Source: Gaiellaceae bacterium (GTDB taxonomy: Bacteria > Actinomycetota > Thermoleophilia > Gaiellales > Gaiellaceae). From it: a DNA stretch of 52,540 nucleotides. Every line of letters starts with the position of its first letter. The first letter of the stretch is position 1. Below the pieces are notes generated by a model. It had not been told where the DNA came from. It saw nothing but the letters and a program-made list of their open reading frames with translations, and ran no database searches. The position numbers and the translations under genes were made by a program. Positions 37,798 to 46,263 of the stretch are shown here, in pieces. The stretch covers positions 1-52,540 of the forward strand of contig JBGQKY010000001.1 of assembly GCA_041499745.1 (NCBI GenBank). The letters run 5' to 3'.

Positions 37798-38007
37798 GTG
37801 AAGAACGTGCAGTGCAGTTGCGGATACGTGGCGTCAGGCGAGACCGCCGACGAGCTTCTCGCCGACGTCGAGGCGCACATCGGCGCGGCACACAGCCGCC
37901 TGCGCATGACGCGGGACTCCTGCAAGGCGCGAGACGATCGGTCAACGAAGGCACCGTCGGCAGATCCGGTCACGGAGCCCCCGAACAGGAGGCGAGGACG
38001 ATGTTGA
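37798..38007 (+). CDS. DUF1059-like small Cys/His (putative metal-binding) protein
   Basis: VKNVQCSCGYVASGETADELLADVEAHIGAAHSRLRMTRD.. resembles, from memory, the small-protein pattern M-K-x-x-x-C-x-C-G...GE..DEL...V..H....HG. High GC3. The stop (38005-38007) overlaps the ATG (38001) of the giant gene. Confidence 0.45.
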   Translation: MKNVQCSCGYVASGETADELLADVEAHIGAAHSRLRMTRDSCKARDDRSTKAPSADPVTEPPNRRRGRC

Positions 38008-41000
38008 AGCCGGCTTCCCGGGCGCACGTCTGGCGCACCGGGTTTCTCTTCGTTGTTGTCGCGGTGATCCTCGCCGCCGGGTTGCAAGGCGCCCGAGCCA
38101 CTCTGCTGCGGGCCGCCACGACCACCTACGGACCCGCCGACTGCACGACGACCTGGACCGCTACAGCCGAAACGGCGTGGGACCCGGCTCACGGCGGGAG
38201 CTGGACGCCGCACGTCCCCGGACCGGAGGACGTCGCCTGCATCGACGGGCCGGTCGTGATCAACGGGTTCAACGTCAGCGTCGAAGGCGTCGTCGCCACC
38301 GGTGGGTCGGTCTTCCTGCGGTCGGGTGCCGGAGACGCATCGCTGGAGCTGATTGGAGCGCACGGGAACTCGAGCGTCGGCTACCTGAACATGGAGCCCG
38401 CAACCACCCTCAGAGGCGCGGCAGACCTCGAGGTCACGAAGAGGTTCGTCGGCAACGGTCCGGCCCTCGCGGGCCCGGCCGAGTCGAAGCTGGTCCTCAA
38501 GAGCTCGGTCGGCGCGAACGCCATGGCAGGCGGCTTCCAGCTCAGCCGGACGCTCGTGATCGAGCAGGGCGTCACGGTCACCGACATAGGGGGTGTGGTC
38601 ACCACCGAAGGCGCCGTCGTCGACAACGCCGGGACCTGGAACATCACCGACTTCTGCTGTGCCACCGGCTACCGGATCACCAGCAGCGGCTTTCAGCCGC
38701 CTCTGAACCCGTTCCTCCGGTTCACGTTTGTGAACGAGCCAACCGGGATCCTGCTCAAGACGAGCGAAGCGCCGCTCGCCAAGCTGGACGGCAACGTCAG
38801 AAACGACGGCCTGATCGAGACCCTGTCCGGGACCCTGGCGATCGGAAGCGAGGACATCGCCGACGGCACCGTCGTCAGCATGTCCGCGCGCCCCGTCACC
38901 GTCTCCGGCAGCGGCACGTTCAAGCCGGCGCTCGTGCACAACCACGGCTGGCTCTCGCCCGGCGGCCCGCTCGAGCCGGGGGTGCTCCACGTGACACCGG
39001 GCGCCTACCAGCTGAAACCCAACAGCGCGGCCTCCGTCGACCCGCAGGCTCGTCTCGCGATCGACGTCGGCGGCACTGCCCCTGGGCATTCCGACCTGCT
39101 CGACGTCGCCGGAGCGTGCACGCTCGGAGGAACACTCAACGTGGCGATCCTCGGCGGCTACGTCCCGGCCGCCGGCGACACCATCGAGATCGTGCGCTGT
39201 GCAGGCGGCGTCTCGGGCACATTCGGAGACGTGAACCTTCCGCCGGTCGGCAGCGGCCTCGTGTTCGACGTCGTCTACAACCCTGCCAACGTCGTCTTGC
39301 ACGTCAGCAGCGATGACGCTGGGGGCACCTCGGAGACGAGTCCGCCTACGATCGTCTGCGGCTCCGCAGACGGCGCCTGGCACGGGACCGATATCAGCAT
39401 CCCCTGCACGGCGGCCGACAGCGGTGCCGGGCTCGCGAACGCCGACGATGCGAGCTTCTCGCTGTCCACGCATGTCACGGCCGGCAGCGAGACCGGCAAC
39501 ACGGCCACCGACAGCCGCTCGGTCTGCGACAAGGCGGGCAACTGCGCACTCGCAGGGCCGATCGGCGGCAACAAGGTGGACGAGAAGGCGCCGACATCTG
39601 CGTGCGACGCGCCCGACGCCGCCTGGCACGCCTCCGACGTCACGCTGCACTGCACCGCGGACGACGCAGGCTCAGGACTCGTGGGTGCGGCGAGCTTCTC
39701 TCTCTCCACGCAGGTTCCGGACGGCGTGGAGACGGCCGATGCGGTGACCGAGATCCACTCGATCTGCGACACGGCCGGTAACTGCAGCCTCGCAGGCGCG
39801 GCCGGCGGTAACAAGGTCGACAAGAAAGCGCCGACGATCGACTGCGACGCGCCCGACGGCGTCTGGCACGCCTCCCACGCAGTGCTCGGGTGCAGGGCCA
39901 GCGACGCAGGCTTCGGACTTATGGGGCCGCTCGACGTGAGGTTCCCGCTGTTCACACATGTCCCGGTCGGCGAGGAGATCGCCGCCGCGGCAACCGACAC
40001 TCGCCTGGTCTGCGACCAGGGCGGCAACTGCACGACCGCCGGCCCGATCGGAGGGAACAAGGTGGACAACAAGGCGCCGACGACCGTCGCGACGCGTTCA
40101 CCGGAACCGGATGCCGGGGGCGTGAACAGGCCGGCCGTGACCGTGACCCTTGCCGCCGCCGACGGCGGCTCCGGGGTCAAGGAGATCACCTACAGCGCCA
40201 GTGGTGCGCAGGCGATCGCCCAGACGACAGTCGCCGGCAACCAAGCGACCGTCCACCTCAGCGCCGACGGTGTCACGACGCTCACGTTCTCCGCGGTCGA
40301 CAACGTCGGCAACAAGGCGGGTGCGAAGAACCTCGCCGTCGAGATCGCCCCGCTCGACTCGACCCCGCCGACGATCACTCCGACCATCGCCGGCACGCTC
40401 GGGGACAACGGCTGGTACACGTCCGGCGTCACCGTCTCCTGGGCAGTTGCGGATTCCGAGTCGACGCCGACCTTCACGTGTCCAGACCAGACGGTGCAGA
40501 CCGACACGGTAGGTGTCACGTTCACGTGCACGGCGAGCTCCGCGGGCGGTAGCGCCTCGAAGAGCGTCACGATCAAGCGCGACGCGACGGCGCCGGTCGC
40601 GACGCCGTTCCTCGAGCCGGCCCCGAACGGCTACGGCTGGAACAACAGCGACGTCACCGTCTCCGCCCACGGCACCGACAAGACCTCCGGCATCTACTCG
40701 TGCGGTTCGTACAACGGGGGATTCGGTCCTCTCGCGCCGCACACGATCGATGTCGAGGTCGTCGGGCTGGTCGTTCAATCCCTCTGTCGCGACAACGCGG
40801 GCAACGAGAGCTTCGCCCCGGTCACGGTCAACATCGACAAAACGGAGCCGAGCCTGGTGTTCGGCGAGCCCACGCCGTCCGCCAACGACACCGGCTGGTA
40901 CCACACGGACGTCGCCGTACCGTTTACCGCCACCGATGCCCTCTCCGGCGTCGACCCGGCCAATCCACCGAGCCCGATCGTGTTGTCCGAGGAAGGGTCG

Positions 41001-42089
41001 AGCACCGCTCACGTCACAATTCGTGACAGAGCGGGGAATCAGCAGACCTTCGCGACCGGAATTGGACCGTTCGCGTTCCGGATCGACAAGACGCCACCCG
41101 TGGTGCACACGTACACCGTTCCCGGAGCGAACGCTTACGGCTGGCACAACACGAACGTGTTCGTCGGCGCCACCGGCGAGGATGCGCTCTCCGGCATAGA
41201 AGGCTGCGACTACCGCGACCTCGACACCGAAGGCGGCGGCCAGCACGTGCGGCTTGCGTGCCGGGACCTCGCCGGCAATGTCGCCTACGCCTCGACCATC
41301 GTCAACATCGATCTGACAGCGCCGACCGTGACGGTTCACGATCCGATTCCGGCCGCGAACAATCTCGGATGGAACAACACGGACGTGTCGATCCCCTTCG
41401 AGGTCCACGATTCGACCTCCGGTCCCGATCCGGCGAACATGTCGAGCCCGATCGTGCTGAGCGGGGACGGACGCTACGGCATGGGTGAGTTCGGCCCGAT
41501 CCTGTTCATCAGCGACAAGGCGGGTAACTCGACGCGGCTCCCCGAGTATCGCAAGGTGAAGATCGACAAGACGCCGCCGGTCGTCACGTTCAGCGGCAAC
41601 GCGGGCACCTACACGGTCGAGCAGACGATCTCGATCAGCTGTGCAGCTTCCGATCCGACGCGCGCCGACGGTCTGGAGGGCTCCGGCCTTGCCTCGAAAA
41701 GCTGCACGAGCTCCAACGGCCCGGCCTACGGCTTCGGACTCGGCTCACACCGCGTCTTGGCGACGGCGATCGACAACGCCGGCAACAGCACGACGGCCAC
41801 CACGACCTTCACCGTGACGGTGGCGGCGGGCAGCCTCGGCACGCTGACGACGCAATTCGTCCAGGGCTCGGCCAAGTACCAGGCACTTCCATCGTCCCTC
41901 CGCGTGGCCGTGGACACGCTTGCGGCGAATCTCAGCCGGCAGCTCAACTCCCTGGTGCCCAGCCTGACACCCACACAGAAGGCGGTGTTCATCACCGTGT
42001 ACAAGAACAGCGTCTCCGCCTTGGCGTCACTCGGCTGGCTGACGCCGGCCCAGGCGGCAACCCTCAAGACCCTCGCAGGCGCGCTTTGA
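38001..42089 (+). CDS. Giant secreted protein (1,362 aa): beta-helix-like head, 3 Cys-rich repeats, ~8 Ig/HYR-like modules, helical C-terminal module
   Basis: AGGAGG RBS plus ATG at 38001. Signal/TM segment FLFVVVAVILAAGLQGARA. The head ends in ..LGGTLNVAILGGYVPAAGDTIEIV..VSGTFGDV... Recurrent module motifs are GW(Y/N/H)xx(D/N)V.., ..SG(V/I/L).., D(N/R/K)AGN and (I/V)DKT(P/E/A)P. No LPXTG and no C-terminal TM. Confidence 0.8.
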   Translation: MLKPASRAHVWRTGFLFVVVAVILAAGLQGARATLLRAATTTYGPADCTTTWTATAETAWDPAHGGSWTPHVPGPEDVACIDGPVVINGFNVSVEGVVATGGSVFLRSGAGDASLELIGAHGNSSVGYLNMEPATTLRGAADLEVTKRFVGNGPALAGPAESKLVLKSSVGANAMAGGFQLSRTLVIEQGVTVTDIGGVVTTEGAVVDNAGTWNITDFCCATGYRITSSGFQPPLNPFLRFTFVNEPTGILLKTSEAPLAKLDGNVRNDGLIETLSGTLAIGSEDIADGTVVSMSARPVTVSGSGTFKPALVHNHGWLSPGGPLEPGVLHVTPGAYQLKPNSAASVDPQARLAIDVGGTAPGHSDLLDVAGACTLGGTLNVAILGGYVPAAGDTIEIVRCAGGVSGTFGDVNLPPVGSGLVFDVVYNPANVVLHVSSDDAGGTSETSPPTIVCGSADGAWHGTDISIPCTAADSGAGLANADDASFSLSTHVTAGSETGNTATDSRSVCDKAGNCALAGPIGGNKVDEKAPTSACDAPDAAWHASDVTLHCTADDAGSGLVGAASFSLSTQVPDGVETADAVTEIHSICDTAGNCSLAGAAGGNKVDKKAPTIDCDAPDGVWHASHAVLGCRASDAGFGLMGPLDVRFPLFTHVPVGEEIAAAATDTRLVCDQGGNCTTAGPIGGNKVDNKAPTTVATRSPEPDAGGVNRPAVTVTLAAADGGSGVKEITYSASGAQAIAQTTVAGNQATVHLSADGVTTLTFSAVDNVGNKAGAKNLAVEIAPLDSTPPTITPTIAGTLGDNGWYTSGVTVSWAVADSESTPTFTCPDQTVQTDTVGVTFTCTASSAGGSASKSVTIKRDATAPVATPFLEPAPNGYGWNNSDVTVSAHGTDKTSGIYSCGSYNGGFGPLAPHTIDVEVVGLVVQSLCRDNAGNESFAPVTVNIDKTEPSLVFGEPTPSANDTGWYHTDVAVPFTATDALSGVDPANPPSPIVLSEEGSSTAHVTIRDRAGNQQTFATGIGPFAFRIDKTPPVVHTYTVPGANAYGWHNTNVFVGATGEDALSGIEGCDYRDLDTEGGGQHVRLACRDLAGNVAYASTIVNIDLTAPTVTVHDPIPAANNLGWNNTDVSIPFEVHDSTSGPDPANMSSPIVLSGDGRYGMGEFGPILFISDKAGNSTRLPEYRKVKIDKTPPVVTFSGNAGTYTVEQTISISCAASDPTRADGLEGSGLASKSCTSSNGPAYGFGLGSHRVLATAIDNAGNSTTATTTFTVTVAAGSLGTLTTQFVQGSAKYQALPSSLRVAVDTLAANLSRQLNSLVPSLTPTQKAVFITVYKNSVSALASLGWLTPAQAATLKTLAGAL
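39342..40073 (+). repeat. Three tandem ~240-bp coding repeats inside the giant gene
   Basis: Units start at about 39342, 39588 and 39828. Each encodes APT-x-x-C-x-x-x-D-(G/A)-x-WH...C.A.D.G.GL....F.L.T.V..G.E......(S/R).(V/I)CD.(A/G)GNC..AG..GGNKVD.K. Confidence 0.75.
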
Positions 42090-42166
42090 GACATCGCTCG
42101 ATGAGCGTCCGTGGTCCCGCTGGGAAGCTCTGCCCGGTGAAGACAGTGAACTGCAAAGGAGGAACG

Positions 42167-44692
42167 GTGACACGGGCATTCGCACTGCTCGCCATCGCGG
42201 CGACCGTCGGGCTCACGCTCGCGACCGGCAGTCGGGCGGCGGCGGCCGACATCGTTCAGCAGACAGCGAAATTTACGTTCGATTGCTGTGGACGGACCCC
42301 CGTTCACCGCGAAGAAACGTTCACCGGCGAGCTCGCGGTGGAGGCCGAGCTGGATCCGGACGGTCGGATCACGACGCACGTCGTGGTGAACTCGTTCCAC
42401 GCCACCGAGCATGCGGACTACACACCCTCGGGGCCATCGGGAATCGGAGCCCCTTTGAGCTGCCACTACGACGTGGCGTGGGACTTCAGCGGCGCGCCCG
42501 AACACGCCTCGATCAGTCCTGGGGATACGGCAGCGTCCCTCCAGGTGGATGTCCAGGCCCCACTCACCTCGTCCTCGGAGAAGCTGGAGGATCCGTTGTG
42601 CGTCAGCGCCCTGCCCTTCCCGCCTTCCGATAGTTTCAGCATCCAGGCGCTCGCGCAGATCACTCGCGATTCCCGCGGCGAGATCACCGGCCTCGACTTC
42701 GACTCGTTCGACCGAACGACCAGCTCTGGGACCGTCCGCCAGGTCGGCACCACCGGCCTTGTTCACGTTGCACTGAAGGACGCCGACGGCGACGGTCTGC
42801 CGGATAGCTGGGAGACGAACGGCGTCGACGTCGACGGCAACGGGACGATCGACCTCGACTTGCCCGCGATGGGAGCCGACCCTCGGCACAAGGACATCTT
42901 CGTGGAGCTCGACCATATGGTCGGGCACGAGATCTCCGACGCCGCACTCGAGGTCGTCGTACATTCCTTCGCCGCTGCGCCGGTCGCGAATCCGGACGGC
43001 ACCACGGGAATCACGCTGCACGTGGACAACGGCTCCGGCTCGCTCATGGACCCTCGAACCGGGGCGGGGTGGGGCAGTCTCAGCCAGGCCGAAGCGATTC
43101 CGGAGGTGAACCCGCTTGGCGTCGTCGGCGCCAACGGCGACTACGACTGGACGGCGTTCCAGGCGCTCGAGACCTCGCACTTCTCCTCATTGCGCAGGCC
43201 GGCGTTCCACTACGCGGTCTCTGTGCACGACTTCGACCCGAGCCACCTCAGCGGCCTATCGCGGAACGCCGCAGCGACTCAGGAAGGAGCGAGCGACTTC
43301 CTGATCTCGCTCGGCGGCATCTGTTCCGCGGATCCGTGCACGCCGAAGCTCGGCGTACAGGCCGGCACGTTCATGCACGAGCTCGGTCACAACCTCGGCC
43401 TCGGTCACGGCGGCACGGACGACGACAACTACAAGCCGAACTACCTCTCGATCATGAACTACGCCTTCCAGCTCTCCGGGGTCCACACCGGCACGGGCAG
43501 CGGCCTCTTCGACTACTCCCGCTACGGCGCCGGTGCGCTGCCGCCGCTGGACGAGACCAACCTCGACGAAGCCTCCGGGCTGACTCCGGCCGACCCAGGG
43601 CTCGCAGGCTTCCTGACGCTCTGGCAGTGCCCAGTGAAAGGCGTAGTCCAACTCGGACCGATCGACTCGCCGATCGACTGGGATTGCAACCTCGAGCTCC
43701 ATGCGCTCGGAAACACCGCCGCCGACGTCAACGGCGACGGCAAGTTCACGACGCTCCAGCCGGCCGAAGACTGGCACCGGCTCGTGTTCATGGGCGGCGG
43801 GATCGGCTCGCTCGGCGCTCCGGTGCTGCCGATGACGACGCCGAACATCGAGGCGCCGCTCGCCGAGCTGCTCGCCGACGCGCGCGCACTCGATCCAGCG
43901 GACTTCGGCGGTGGCGATACAACCCGTCCGGCCACGGCGGCGAATGGGTCGCCGGCTGCGAACGCGACCGGCTGGAACAACAGCGACGTCACCGTCTCCC
44001 TGTCTGCCTCCGACGAGGGCGGCAGCGGTGTGCAAGAGATCGTCTACTCGCTCGGTGGTACACAGACAGTCGTCGCAGGCTCCACTGCGTCTGTCCAGAT
44101 CGGAGCCGAGGGCGTGACGACGCTCAGCTACTTCGCGCGCGACAACGCCGGCAACGAGGAGCAGGCGAAGACGCTCGACGTGAAGATCGACAAGACGAAG
44201 CCGACGGTCGCCTACTCCGGCAACCGTGGCAGCTACACCGTCGACCAGAGCATCTCGATCCGCTGCACCGCAGCCGACGGATTGTCGGGACTCGCCTCGC
44301 CGGGCTGCGCCGACATCGTCGGTCCTGCCTCCTCGTTTCCGGTCGGCCTCAGCACCGTCTCGGCGACGGTGGCCGACAGGGCCGGCAACACCGGCACCGG
44401 CTCGACGAGCTTCACGGTGGCGGTGACCCCGGGCGGCCTCTGCCTGCTGAGCAAGCAGTTCGTCCAGAGCTCGCTCAAGTACCTGGCCCTTCCGCCGGTC
44501 TTGCGCGCCGCGATCGACGCGCTCGCGACCGCGCTCTGCCGAAAGCTCGACGCCGTCGTGCCCCTCCTGAAGCCGGCGCAGAAGGCCGCGCTGATCGCCG
44601 CCTACAAGAGCAGCGTCGCCGCCTTGGCATCACTCGGCTGGCTGACCCCGGCCCAGGCCGCAACCCTCAACAGCCTGGCGAGCACGCTCTAA
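42167..44692 (+). CDS. Secreted metzincin-type zinc metalloprotease with Ig-like modules and the same C-terminal module as the giant protein
   Basis: AAAGGAGG RBS plus GTG at 42167. Signal peptide AFALLAIAATVGLTLATGSRAAAA. DADGDGLPDSWETNGVDVDGNGTIDLD (Ca-binding-like), HELGHNLGLGHGG plus a SIMNY Met-turn, GWNNSDVTVSLSASDEGGSGV, and C-terminal ..ASLGWLTPAQAATLNSLASTL. Confidence 0.8.
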   Translation: MTRAFALLAIAATVGLTLATGSRAAAADIVQQTAKFTFDCCGRTPVHREETFTGELAVEAELDPDGRITTHVVVNSFHATEHADYTPSGPSGIGAPLSCHYDVAWDFSGAPEHASISPGDTAASLQVDVQAPLTSSSEKLEDPLCVSALPFPPSDSFSIQALAQITRDSRGEITGLDFDSFDRTTSSGTVRQVGTTGLVHVALKDADGDGLPDSWETNGVDVDGNGTIDLDLPAMGADPRHKDIFVELDHMVGHEISDAALEVVVHSFAAAPVANPDGTTGITLHVDNGSGSLMDPRTGAGWGSLSQAEAIPEVNPLGVVGANGDYDWTAFQALETSHFSSLRRPAFHYAVSVHDFDPSHLSGLSRNAAATQEGASDFLISLGGICSADPCTPKLGVQAGTFMHELGHNLGLGHGGTDDDNYKPNYLSIMNYAFQLSGVHTGTGSGLFDYSRYGAGALPPLDETNLDEASGLTPADPGLAGFLTLWQCPVKGVVQLGPIDSPIDWDCNLELHALGNTAADVNGDGKFTTLQPAEDWHRLVFMGGGIGSLGAPVLPMTTPNIEAPLAELLADARALDPADFGGGDTTRPATAANGSPAANATGWNNSDVTVSLSASDEGGSGVQEIVYSLGGTQTVVAGSTASVQIGAEGVTTLSYFARDNAGNEEQAKTLDVKIDKTKPTVAYSGNRGSYTVDQSISIRCTAADGLSGLASPGCADIVGPASSFPVGLSTVSATVADRAGNTGTGSTSFTVAVTPGGLCLLSKQFVQSSLKYLALPPVLRAAIDALATALCRKLDAVVPLLKPAQKAALIAAYKSSVAALASLGWLTPAQAATLNSLASTL

Positions 44693-44698
44693 AGAGAA

Positions 44699-44848
44699 TC
44701 ACTCTCGCCCGAAAGGGGCGGCGCCGAAGCGCCGCCCCTTTTCGAGTGTGAGCTTGATCGGTAAGCCGCACTTCGCGCACTCGGTGCGCGCCGCCCCCTT
44801 GCGCGTCGCACGCTCGACCGGCACCGGCTTGGCGCACACACACGTCAT
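44699..44848 (-). CDS. Possible 49-aa Cys-rich (CxC...CxxC) micro-protein coupled to amt
   Basis: MTCVCAKPVPVERATRKGAARTECAKCGLPIKLTLEKGRRFGAAPFGRE. The ATG overlaps the amt TGA (ATGA) and GC3 is high, but the last ~14 codons are the terminator hairpin itself. Confidence 0.25.
   Translation of the reverse strand: MTCVCAKPVPVERATRKGAARTECAKCGLPIKLTLEKGRRFGAAPFGRE
44712..44742. terminator. Bidirectional intrinsic terminator between the convergent metzincin and amt genes
   Basis: AAA-GGGGCGGCGC-cgaa-GCGCCGCCCC-TTTT: a 10-bp perfect GC stem flanked by an A-run and a T-run. Confidence 0.75.
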
Positions 44849-46263
44849 GGCGAAGTCACCGGCTGCGCGGTCATCGCGTGCACCGGCGTGGGCGCGTGCG
44901 CGCTCCCGTGTCCGCCGCCGAGATGCCCGTGGCTCTCCGTGCCGTAGCCGCCGGGGACCGGGATGTAGAACTCCGGATAGCCCCACATGCCGTGCTCGTG
45001 CACGTCGAGGCCCTGCGTCTCGGCCACCGGCGCGACGCGGATCCCCCAGATCTTGTTCAGCACCCAGAGGCAGCCGAACGACGTCCCGAAGGTGAACGCG
45101 CCGACTGCGACGAGGCCGAGCGCCTGCACGCCGAGCTGGTGGAAGCCGCCGCCGTAGAAGAGGCCCTTGTGGCCGGTGGCCAGGTTGGACGACAGGATCG
45201 GTACGGCGAAGAGCCCGCACGCGAGCGTGCCCCAGACACCGGACATGCCGTGTACCGCGACCGCGCCGATCGGATCGTCGATGCCGATCCGCTCGACGAA
45301 GATGACGCCGAACACCGCGATCGCACCGGAGCCTGCGCCGATCACGATCGCCGCCCACGGCGCGACGAAGCCCGACGCAGCGGTGATCGCCACCAGCGCG
45401 CCGAGCGCGCCGTTCAGCATCATCGAGATGTCGGGCTTGCCGAGCTTGAGCCAGGCGATCAGCATCCCGGTGACCGCGCCCGTGGCCGCCGCGACGTTCG
45501 TCGTCAGCGCGACGTACGCGAAGTAGCCGAAGCCTCCGAAATCGACCGACAGGGTCGAGCCCGGATTGAACCCGAACCAGCCGAACCAGAGGATCAGCGT
45601 TCCGAGAACCGCGAACGGGATGTTGTGGCCGGGGATCGGATTCGCACGGCCGTCGTGGCCGAACTTGCCGAGGCGCGGGCCGAGGATCAGCGCACCGGCG
45701 AGGCCCGCGAGCGCTCCCTGGTAGTGCACGACGGTCGAGCCGGCGAAGTCCTGCATGCCGCGGGCGAAGAGCCAGCCGTGCGGGCTCCAGATCCAGTGCG
45801 ACACGACCGAGTACGTGAGCGTGAACCAGATGCCGAAGACGAAGTAGACCCAGAGCTTCGCGCGCTCGGCCATCGCGCCCCAGACGATCGCGAGCGAGAC
45901 GCCCGCAAACACGACCTCGAACAGGTAGCCGGCCGCACCCGGAATCTCCGTGAAGAAGTCGTACGGCTTCTGTCCCACGGCGATCATCGAGTTGACCGAC
46001 GGGAAGAAGCCGGCGGTGCCGCTGAACCAGCCGCCGTCGCCGAACGCGATCCCGAACCCGACCGCCCAGTAGACGATCGAGCACAGCCCGAAGATCAGGA
46101 CGTTCTTGCCGGCGATGTGGCCGGCGTTCTTCATCCGTGTCAGCCCGGCCTCGAGAAAGGCGAAGCCGGCCTGCATGAACATCACCAGGACTGCCGTGAC
46201 GACGACCCAGATCGTGCTCGCCGCGATCAGGAGATCCTGGTTTCTGATTGCCGCTGCGATCAT
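44845..46263 (-). CDS. amt: Ammonium transporter (Amt family) with His/Gly-rich C-terminal tail
   Basis: ATG at 46263 (ATGA overlap with P-II). ..FMQAGFAFLEAGLTRMKNA..VVHYQGALAGLAGALILGPR..AVHGMSGVWGTL.. Confidence 0.85.
   Translation of the reverse strand: MIAAAIRNQDLLIAASTIWVVVTAVLVMFMQAGFAFLEAGLTRMKNAGHIAGKNVLIFGLCSIVYWAVGFGIAFGDGGWFSGTAGFFPSVNSMIAVGQKPYDFFTEIPGAAGYLFEVVFAGVSLAIVWGAMAERAKLWVYFVFGIWFTLTYSVVSHWIWSPHGWLFARGMQDFAGSTVVHYQGALAGLAGALILGPRLGKFGHDGRANPIPGHNIPFAVLGTLILWFGWFGFNPGSTLSVDFGGFGYFAYVALTTNVAAATGAVTGMLIAWLKLGKPDISMMLNGALGALVAITAASGFVAPWAAIVIGAGSGAIAVFGVIFVERIGIDDPIGAVAVHGMSGVWGTLACGLFAVPILSSNLATGHKGLFYGGGFHQLGVQALGLVAVGAFTFGTSFGCLWVLNKIWGIRVAPVAETQGLDVHEHGMWGYPEFYIPVPGGYGTESHGHLGGGHGSAHAPTPVHAMTAQPVTSP

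Noticed and set aside
39342-40073. Regularly spaced ~240-bp repeats that could be mistaken for a repeat array or CRISPR-like structure.
   Set aside because: They lie in frame inside a long ORF and encode paralogous Cys-rich protein modules. The repeat unit is far too long and there are no short unique spacers. I saw no CRISPR array or cas genes anywhere in the window.
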